Source: Piscirickettsiaceae bacterium CG07_land_8_20_14_0_80_44_28 (GTDB taxonomy: Bacteria > Pseudomonadota > Gammaproteobacteria > Thiomicrospirales > Thiomicrospiraceae). Taken from it: a stretch of 64,000 bases of DNA. The stretch spans positions 20,016 to 84,015 of the forward strand of contig PEWX01000115.1 in the NCBI GenBank assembly GCA_002779995.1, in the 5' to 3' direction. The position numbers were made by a program, and so were the translations under genes. Positions 46,813-54,181 of this stretch are shown piece by piece (position 1 is the stretch's first letter; every line of letters begins with the position of its first letter). Under the pieces are notes generated by a model. It saw only the letters and a program-made list of their open reading frames with translations, was not told the DNA's origin and did not search any database.

Positions 46813-48468
46813 TTAAGATTCACTGTCTGAAAAAACATTGCCGAGTAATTCAGTTAAACGGTCGTTTTCGGAATAGTCTACCGGGCAATCAATGACGGTA
46901 ACCGTTTGTTTGGTTAAAGCCATTTTAAGAGCCGGATACAAATCAGATGCTTTTTCAATGTGGATTCCCGTTGCCCCAAAAGATTGGGCATATTGAACAA
47001 AATCCGGGTTATTAAAATCAATATAAGCTGATCGACCAAATTGACGTTTTTGTTTCCAATTAATTAAACCATACTGACTGTCATTCCAAATTAAAATGAC
47101 AATCGGGGTTTGGCAACGTAATGCGGTTTCAATTTCTTGAGAATTCATCATAAAGCCTGCATCGCCGGTCACAGCAACCACGGCTTTATTTGGAAACGCT
47201 AATTTAGCGCCTATTGCACCCGGTACAGCAATCCCCATACTGGCAAAGCCATTGGAAATAATGCAGGTATTTGGCAGTTCCGAGCGGAAAAACCGCGCCA
47301 TCCACATTTTATGCGCGCCGACATCACAAATAGCAATATCTTCACGATGCATTGCGGTTCTTAGATCCCAAATAATTTTTTGGGGCTTCATCGGAAACGC
47401 ATTACTTTCAGAACAGCGCTGCATTTCTTCAATCATTGCCTCTCGTAAAGGATAGGGTTTAGGATGGTGATTTTTGTTGGGTAATTTTTCGGTTAATGCA
47501 TTGAGATTTCGACCAATATTTCCTATTAATTCAACATTGGGAATATAACTATAATCTACTTCAGCAGGACTGGTATCAATGTGAATGATAGTGTGTTCGC
47601 GATTTGGATTCCATAAATGGGGATGATATTCAACCATATCAAATCCGACACAGATCACTAAATCTGAATCAGAAAAACCACCATTTTCATAATCTCCTTT
47701 TTGTAATCCGGCGGTTCCAACCGATAACGGATTATGAAAATGGGGAACGGCACCTTTTGCCATAAAGGTATTCACAAAAGGGATTTGGCAATGATTTGCA
47801 AAAGCTTCTAATTGTCCACTGGCATGGGCTCTTACCACACCATTACCAACTAAAATTAAAGGGGATCTAGCTCGACTGATTAACAGTGCTGCCTTTTCAA
47901 TTAATTTGGTATCTGCCAAGGTTAATCTGGGTTTAACAACCGGTAAAGGGCGTTCCGGTGTTGTCATTTCACTGATATTTTCTGGAAAATCAATAAATAC
48001 AGCACCCGGTTTTTCAGATTGCGCTAATTTAAACCCTTTACGAATAACTTCCGGAATCGTTTCAGGTTCTAATAGTTGGGTGGCGTATTTGGTAATGGGT
48101 TTGAATAGACTTACCAGATCAACGACTTGGTGGGATTCTTTATGGAGTCGAGTGGTGGCTGCTTGTCCGGCGATGGCAACCACTGGTGAATGATCCATAT
48201 TAGCATCTGCTACGCCTGTTACTAAATTGGTTGCCCCTGGCCCTAAGGTGGATAAACAAACCCCTGCTTTACCGGTTAATCTGCCATAGACATCCGCCAT
48301 AAAAGCGGCACCTTGTTCATGACGGCAAGTAATAAATTGAATTTTGGAATCCAAAAGTGCATCCATCATATCCATATTTTCTTCGCCAGGAATACCAAAA
48401 ACAAAGTCGACTTGTTCATTTTCTAAACATTTTACAAAGAGTATTGCCGCTTTCATTAATAAATCCAT
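46813..48468 (-). CDS. Thiamine-diphosphate-dependent acetolactate synthase, catabolic AlsS-like
   Basis: 551 aa. Has FGIPGEEN, RHEQGAAFMADVYGRLTGKAG, LGPGATNL and the TPP-binding motif GDAGFMMNSQE...NDSQYG. Confidence 0.85.
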   Translation of the reverse strand: MDLLMKAAILFVKCLENEQVDFVFGIPGEENMDMMDALLDSKIQFITCRHEQGAAFMADVYGRLTGKAGVCLSTLGPGATNLVTGVADANMDHSPVVAIAGQAATTRLHKESHQVVDLVSLFKPITKYATQLLEPETIPEVIRKGFKLAQSEKPGAVFIDFPENISEMTTPERPLPVVKPRLTLADTKLIEKAALLISRARSPLILVGNGVVRAHASGQLEAFANHCQIPFVNTFMAKGAVPHFHNPLSVGTAGLQKGDYENGGFSDSDLVICVGFDMVEYHPHLWNPNREHTIIHIDTSPAEVDYSYIPNVELIGNIGRNLNALTEKLPNKNHHPKPYPLREAMIEEMQRCSESNAFPMKPQKIIWDLRTAMHREDIAICDVGAHKMWMARFFRSELPNTCIISNGFASMGIAVPGAIGAKLAFPNKAVVAVTGDAGFMMNSQEIETALRCQTPIVILIWNDSQYGLINWKQKRQFGRSAYIDFNNPDFVQYAQSFGATGIHIEKASDLYPALKMALTKQTVTVIDCPVDYSENDRLTELLGNVFSDSES

Positions 48469-48482
48469 TTAAAGTGATTAAA

Positions 48483-48560
48483 GAGACCTTTGCACGAGAT
48501 AAAATTACGAATAAAAATGGTTTAAATTTTTGTTTCGCGTCCTACTCCTGCAAAAGTCCC
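48483..48560. repeat. MITE/REP-like element, short copy (78 bp)
   Basis: Imperfect terminal inverted repeats: GAGACCTTTGCACGAG at the left end and CTCCTGCAAAAGTCCC at the right end (13 of 16 complementary). Near-identical ends and interior blocks occur at 58997-59156. Confidence 0.6.
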
Positions 48561-48588
48561 TAATAATGACCAGGCCTAGTCATTTTTA
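48561..48588. repeat. One-mismatch extended palindrome copy (TAATAATGACCAGGCCTAGTCATTTTTA; core 48570-48579)
   Basis: Directly abuts the right end of the MITE-like element. It lies in the gap between dsbA and the alsS-like gene. Confidence 0.8.
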
Positions 48589-48632
48589 ATAAGTAATGGG
48601 TTGATTATAAGCCTTAGTTAAAAGGAATCGAT

Positions 48633-48658
48633 AAAAAAAATCCCCAAAAATGGGGATT
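48633..48658 (-). terminator. Rho-independent terminator of dsbA
   Basis: On the minus strand, AATCCCCA-TTTT-TGGGGATT (8-bp stem) is followed by TTTTTTAT, about 45 nt after the dsbA stop. Confidence 0.8.
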
Positions 48659-48703
48659 TAATAATGAATGAATCTGTTCTATTTGATCACGTTAACGTTA
48701 GGT

Positions 48704-49327
48704 TTAACGTTCAACTAAAATATCAACCAGTCTCCATAAATCTTCTCGTGATGTTGCCATAGGCACATCGGTTAAATATTTACCATTGATAACAACTGCC
48801 GGAACACCATCTATACCAAAGTTTTGAGTGGCCTGCTTGGCTTTAGAAACCGCAGAAGAAACCTGAAAACTTTTAAACATATTTTTATAATCGTCAGCTT
48901 TTATACCTAAAGGCTGAACAAATTTTGCTAATTCGTCTAAAGAATAAATACGCCTTTTATCTCGATGCAGTGCATCAAAGTAACGAGCGTGAAATGCTTT
49001 TTCAATACCTAAAAATTTTGCTGTATAAAAAACCCTCGCCATAAAGACCCAATTGGGATTATCGAGTACAGCTGGCATTCGTTCAAAATGAACCTCTTCC
49101 GGTTTGGTTTTTAACCATTGATGAAGACTGGGTTCTAAATCATAGCAATGAGGACAACCATAAAAGAATATTTCAACCACCTGTTTTTGATGGGGTGCAA
49201 TGGATTGTGGGGTTGGAATTAAACGATATTCAACCCCTTCCATTATGTCTGGTTGCGCATAACTTAAAGTTGTTTGCATCAACGATATCATTCCAATCAA
49301 AAAGGGCAGAATCCACTTTTTTAACAT
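48704..49327 (-). CDS. dsbA: Thiol:disulfide interchange protein DsbA
   Basis: 207 aa. Has a signal peptide and the thioredoxin-fold active site FFYGCPHCY. Confidence 0.9.
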   Translation of the reverse strand: MLKKWILPFLIGMISLMQTTLSYAQPDIMEGVEYRLIPTPQSIAPHQKQVVEIFFYGCPHCYDLEPSLHQWLKTKPEEVHFERMPAVLDNPNWVFMARVFYTAKFLGIEKAFHARYFDALHRDKRRIYSLDELAKFVQPLGIKADDYKNMFKSFQVSSAVSKAKQATQNFGIDGVPAVVINGKYLTDVPMATSREDLWRLVDILVER

Positions 49328-49342
49328 AGTCGTTTACCTTAT

Positions 49343-50518
49343 TTATAATTCGCCATATGAGTGTAAACCGGACAAGAACATATTGACACCCAAGAAAGCA
49401 AAGACGGTGACAACTAATCCGATGACTGCCCACAATGCCATAGGACGACCCCGCCAACCTTTAGACATGCGAATGTGTAACCAAGCCGCATAGTTTAACC
49501 AAACAATTAATGCCCAAGTTTCTTTTGGATCCCAAGACCAATAACCGCCCCAAGCTTCAGCTGCCCACATAGCGCCTAACACGGTGGCAATCGTAAAGAA
49601 GGCAAACCCTAAGGCAATGGTTTTATACATTAAATCATCCATACTTTCTAAACTGGGCATGGCACGTAAAAAACGGGATTGCGGATTTTTAGTTTGGATT
49701 TTTTCAGTAAGCACATAAGCTAACCCAACCATCGCCGCTATGGAAAATCCACCATAACCAATAAAGTTAGCAGGGACATGTATCTTCATCCAATAACTTT
49801 TTAAAGCAGGGACTAATGGTTGAATTTCATGGGCGCCTCTATCAAAGGTATACCATAGTAAAAAACCGACTGCCGCACTGACAATTAACATGACAAATCC
49901 ACCCATTGAGCGGGTACGAATTTTTTGCTCATAATATAAATACATAAGCGTTGTTAAGACGGCAAATAAAATAAACACTTCATAAAGGCTGCTGACAGGG
50001 ATATGTCCATATTCTGGATTAATCAAATAAGATTCACGCCATCTCACCATCATGCCAACCAAACCAAAAGTTGCCCCTGACCAGGCTAATACAGATGCAA
50101 TTTTAGCGGTAAAATCAGATTTAAAAAATAAACCCGCAAAATAGCCTAGCGTAGATAATACAAAAAGCGCACTCATCCACATAAATGCTGATTGACTGGA
50201 AATTAAAAACTTTAAAAAGAAAGCTTGTTCATTCGCACTGATTTGGTTGTTATGTTGAGCATAAGTCCATAAAGCGAATAAGGACAAAGTTGCAACCGCA
50301 TAACTTAAAGTTTTGGCGCTTGGCCAAAACCGACCCAGCATAATTAAACCAATGGCTGAACCCACTAAAATTCCGTCTTCATAGGCATCCATTATATGCC
50401 CAAAACTTAGCCAAGCATAAAAAGCACCGGCTATGACAAATAAAGCCCATATACTGTCATTAATTGAAAACCGTTTTTTATCCGGCGTCATTTCAAATGT
50501 GCTATTAATCGTATTCAT
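49343..50518 (-). CDS. ccsA: Cytochrome c biogenesis protein CcsA/ResC (System II)
   Basis: 391 aa polytopic protein with the tryptophan-rich WWD motif WGGYWSWDPKETWAL. Confidence 0.9.
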   Translation of the reverse strand: MNTINSTFEMTPDKKRFSINDSIWALFVIAGAFYAWLSFGHIMDAYEDGILVGSAIGLIMLGRFWPSAKTLSYAVATLSLFALWTYAQHNNQISANEQAFFLKFLISSQSAFMWMSALFVLSTLGYFAGLFFKSDFTAKIASVLAWSGATFGLVGMMVRWRESYLINPEYGHIPVSSLYEVFILFAVLTTLMYLYYEQKIRTRSMGGFVMLIVSAAVGFLLWYTFDRGAHEIQPLVPALKSYWMKIHVPANFIGYGGFSIAAMVGLAYVLTEKIQTKNPQSRFLRAMPSLESMDDLMYKTIALGFAFFTIATVLGAMWAAEAWGGYWSWDPKETWALIVWLNYAAWLHIRMSKGWRGRPMALWAVIGLVVTVFAFLGVNMFLSGLHSYGEL

Positions 50519-52530
50519 TTTTTCACCTTCAGTTTAGATTGTACGGCTTGTACAACTTTTTGAAATTCTTGTGCCACTTCAGGCAATTCTTTAGTGTCTT
50601 TCCCAGCGATGGTTAAAGTATGATCTGAAGCAGAATAGGCTAACCATATGCGTTTTTGGCGCACATAAAATAAAAAGAATACGCCTATTATAAGTAAAGC
50701 GCTGCCAAAATAAACGACATCTTTTCCAGGGGATTTGGTAATTTGTAGACCTGTTGCTTCTATTTGCTTGAAAGAATTTAATTGAATAAATAAAGGCGGT
50801 CCATAATCAGGTAAGTTGCCTAAGGAGGTAATCGCATCATCAAACCATTGTTTATTAAAATCAGAAATATCTGTTAAATTTTGGTCTTTTTCCTGTTCTA
50901 ATACGTCTAAATAGAGGGTTTGTAAAGCAACACTGGTTTGAGCCGTGTAATAGTCCAACACTTTTTGTTGATCTGGTTCCGGTACATTTTGTTTAACAAA
51001 ATCATTGATACCGTTAAACCCTTTTTGACGTACTAATGCCATCAATTGCGTTAAAAGACGAATTTGCATACGATAGCCACTTTGCTCAAGAGTTTGCCCG
51101 GATGGCAAAGCTTTTTCTAAAACCTGTTTTGTGGCAATGGGGTTATTGATTAAGGCTAGAAAGTTAAAAAAGCGATCTAATTGACGGTTGCTATCCGCCG
51201 GAATAAATAAATAACGAAAAGGTTCTGCTTGTGAAGAACGCATTCCGGCAATAAAGAACAAACGCCCATCCTGTTCAATGGGCATCATATAATTTTCATA
51301 CTCAAGGGCTTGTCCTTGATCATTTCGTATTTTGTAAATAATAGTTGGGCCATTGTTATGCATTTTTTTACCGGTCTGTGCTCGCTCTTCTTCTGAAGCC
51401 GGCACAATATTGTGCATTTTAAAATCGCTTAATTCGAGTTTAAAGGTACCCAGCGGGGTTTTTAAAGATTCAGTTTTATCTACCGCAGTATTGAGGATTA
51501 AAGGCTTATTTTCAGGCGCTTTTAAAGAATGCACTTTGAGCTTTAATAGGCTGCCGCCATCGCTAAAGGATGACTGATAAATAGCATAATTTTTATAAGA
51601 CAAAGGGTGGTTGACGGCAATGGTTTTTTCAATAGGGGTTTTTAAATCAGGAGCAGATAAGATAATGTCCGATTCAAAGGATTTTGGCATACCCGTATCA
51701 TAATATTCAATTCGAAAGTCTTTTACATCAATGGTAAAGGGAAGTTTTTGAACCAAAAATCCTTGCTCATAGGGTAAGAAAAGCACGTCGGATTTCTGAT
51801 TCTCAGCAATATTAACGGTGCCTCTAAATGAAAAATTTTCAGGTCCTAACCATGATTTTTGTGGAATTTTATCTAAGGGTACTGATCGGGTTTCTGCTTC
51901 TAAATCACCGGTCAGCTCACGATACTTGAGTAATAAATTACTGTCCATTAAAGCGCCGACACAAATAATAATGATAGAAACATGCGTAAAAACATAACCC
52001 AGTCGATTCCAAGACCCTTTTAAGCCGGCTATGGTAATCCCATCCTCACGATGGTGTACTTTAGTTTTATAACCTTGATCTTTAAGCAGCAATTGTGCGG
52101 CTTCAATATCGAATTGTTGTGGTGTATAAGTAACAACATGAGGTTGACGTTGATAGGCATGCAATGAAAGTTTTTCACTATATTGCTTCATATCTTTCAA
52201 AAAACCAGGGCCGTTACGGGAAACACAAACACTGGTTGAAATTAATAGAAAAACCAATACCAGAATAAACCAGGCCGCACCGTAAACATTAAATAGGCCG
52301 AGTTCATTGAAGACTTGTGTCCAAAAAGGGCCAAATTTAATAATATAGCCTTGAAAAAGTTCATTTTGTTTTAAAACGGTTCCAATAACGGATGCAATCG
52401 CTAACATCACTAAAAGGGTGACTGCAAGGTTCATAGACCCTAGAAATGGCAGGAATACCGGCGTTTTGTTGCGTGCTTTATTGGATGCAGAAGGCTGTGG
52501 TAAATGGCTCATAAGTTGAAAGTTTTTCAT
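50515..52530 (-). CDS. ccsB: Cytochrome c biogenesis protein ResB/Ccs1 (System II)
   Basis: 671 aa. Has N-terminal TM helices (SMNLAVTLLVMLAIASVIGTVL), a large periplasmic domain and a C-terminal TM helix. It overlaps ccsA by 4 nt. Confidence 0.9.
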   Translation of the reverse strand: MKNFQLMSHLPQPSASNKARNKTPVFLPFLGSMNLAVTLLVMLAIASVIGTVLKQNELFQGYIIKFGPFWTQVFNELGLFNVYGAAWFILVLVFLLISTSVCVSRNGPGFLKDMKQYSEKLSLHAYQRQPHVVTYTPQQFDIEAAQLLLKDQGYKTKVHHREDGITIAGLKGSWNRLGYVFTHVSIIIICVGALMDSNLLLKYRELTGDLEAETRSVPLDKIPQKSWLGPENFSFRGTVNIAENQKSDVLFLPYEQGFLVQKLPFTIDVKDFRIEYYDTGMPKSFESDIILSAPDLKTPIEKTIAVNHPLSYKNYAIYQSSFSDGGSLLKLKVHSLKAPENKPLILNTAVDKTESLKTPLGTFKLELSDFKMHNIVPASEEERAQTGKKMHNNGPTIIYKIRNDQGQALEYENYMMPIEQDGRLFFIAGMRSSQAEPFRYLFIPADSNRQLDRFFNFLALINNPIATKQVLEKALPSGQTLEQSGYRMQIRLLTQLMALVRQKGFNGINDFVKQNVPEPDQQKVLDYYTAQTSVALQTLYLDVLEQEKDQNLTDISDFNKQWFDDAITSLGNLPDYGPPLFIQLNSFKQIEATGLQITKSPGKDVVYFGSALLIIGVFFLFYVRQKRIWLAYSASDHTLTIAGKDTKELPEVAQEFQKVVQAVQSKLKVKK

Positions 52531-52646
52531 TTAATTTTTAAAAAGATTGTAAAGTATACCTGCATTCACACTATTGATAAAGAATGAAATCTGTTAATCC
52601 TTAAAACCTAGTAGGTTATGAGGTTTATATTAAACGAGACGATAAG

Positions 52647-53270
52647 ATGCAACATCCGTTATACCAGCAAGCCCATTATTTAAAATCTGCGCCTAATCTC
52701 AATCATTGCCCTGATGATGAAGGCATTGAAGTGGCTTTTGCCGGTCGTTCTAACGCCGGAAAATCCAGTGCTTTGAATGTGATTACCTCGCAAAAATCTC
52801 TAGCGAAAACCAGTAAAACCCCTGGTCGTACTCAATTAATCAATTTTTTTGAGTGTGATGAACACCGTAAACTCGTTGATTTACCGGGTTATGGTTATGC
52901 CAAGGTGAATATTGAAACCAAACGAAATTGGGAACAAAGTCTATCGGAATATATTGAAAAACGTGCCGCTTTAAAAGGGTTGGTGATGATGGTCGATTGT
53001 CGTATGCCACCGACACAGATTGATTTAACCTTATTAGATTGGACTTTGAGCTTAGCGTTACCCGTTCATGTTTTGCTGACTAAATCAGATAAATTGAAAA
53101 AAGGGCCGGCACAAAACAGCTTATTAAAGTTTCGACAGTTGCTTACCGATCAATATCCACACGCCACAGCACAATTGTTTTCATCTTTAAAGCGACAGGG
53201 GTTAGAAGAAGTTTGGGCAAAACTGGATGAATGGATGGCATATCAATCCCCGGAAAAGCTTCAAAAATAG
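52647..53270 (+). CDS. engB: Ribosome biogenesis GTP-binding protein YihA/EngB
   Basis: 207 aa. Has G1 GRSNAGKSS, G3 DLPGYG and G4 TKSDK. Confidence 0.95.
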   Translation: MQHPLYQQAHYLKSAPNLNHCPDDEGIEVAFAGRSNAGKSSALNVITSQKSLAKTSKTPGRTQLINFFECDEHRKLVDLPGYGYAKVNIETKRNWEQSLSEYIEKRAALKGLVMMVDCRMPPTQIDLTLLDWTLSLALPVHVLLTKSDKLKKGPAQNSLLKFRQLLTDQYPHATAQLFSSLKRQGLEEVWAKLDEWMAYQSPEKLQK

Positions 53271-53280
53271 CCAGGCCTGG
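53271..53280. repeat. CCAGGCCTGG palindrome copy (exact), immediately after the engB stop codon
   Basis: Flanks are caaaaatag / taaaattt. Confidence 0.95.
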
Positions 53281-53288
53281 TAAAATTT

Positions 53289-53311
53289 GACGGCTTTTTG
53301 ATAAAGCCGTC
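53289..53311. terminator. Hairpin between convergent engB and the OMP gene
   Basis: GACGGCTTT-ttgat-AAAGCCGTC (9-bp stem). The flanking U-tracts are weak on both strands. Confidence 0.45.
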
Positions 53312-53348
53312 ATTATAAAAAGATCGAATAGAGAGTTGTATTAGAAAC

Positions 53349-54086
53349 TTAGAAACGGAAACCTGCTTTTAAAGAATAGGAAGGCACATCACCGATTTGG
53401 TTGTAACCCACTAAAACATCCATAGCCAATAAATTAATATTGACGCCCACCGCATACTTCATCATAGAGACGGATTCCGTATCGAGCTTAACCCCTGCAA
53501 GTCCCGCATTATCGACTAAGGATTTTAATTCACCATTGGTCATACCGACTGAAGCATAAGGGGTTAAGTTAGCAAACCCCTTTGAGATGCCGATTTCAGC
53601 TCCCATACTTTTAAAATCAAGCGCATCTAAGCCGCTGGTTTGAGTGTAATTACCATTAATAGATACGGATGGATATAAAACACCCCCTTCGATAAGGGCA
53701 TAACTTAATTTCCCACCCCAGGTTTCGATATTGCTATTCATAACCGAACTGTAATCCAGGCCAAAGTCGATTCCCCAAGGCAAGCCTTTAATCGCATGAA
53801 GTGAAATGGTGTCAAAAGAACCTTTTCCTTCGGTGGTCACCTTATCCATGAGTTTATAATTGAGACCGGAATTGGTGTAAGAAGCACCAATATCAAAGCC
53901 ACTGACCCCAAGGGGTTCAGCAGGCGTTAATGTTTTATAGCCTAAGCTTCCGGTGAAATCTTTTGCAAAGTTTTTAAATTCACTTTGGCTATCAAAGTTG
54001 AGTAAAGAAATCTGATTATCCGCAGCATGGACATTCAAGGGTAATAAACACAGTATTGGCAGTAATTTTTTGAACATTTTTTTCAC
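53349..54086 (-). CDS. Outer-membrane beta-barrel protein, family unknown
   Basis: 245 aa. Has a signal peptide (LPLNVHA), an alternating amphipathic strand pattern, and a C-terminal LKAGFRF ending in Phe. Confidence 0.6.
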   Translation of the reverse strand: MKKMFKKLLPILCLLPLNVHAADNQISLLNFDSQSEFKNFAKDFTGSLGYKTLTPAEPLGVSGFDIGASYTNSGLNYKLMDKVTTEGKGSFDTISLHAIKGLPWGIDFGLDYSSVMNSNIETWGGKLSYALIEGGVLYPSVSINGNYTQTSGLDALDFKSMGAEIGISKGFANLTPYASVGMTNGELKSLVDNAGLAGVKLDTESVSMMKYAVGVNINLLAMDVLVGYNQIGDVPSYSLKAGFRF

Positions 54087-54181
54087 TCTCTAAAAAATGA
54101 GTTAGCTAATAACATAAGTTTATCAAATTTAAACAATAAATAGCAGACTATATTGATTGTAATCATTTAAATAAGATAATG

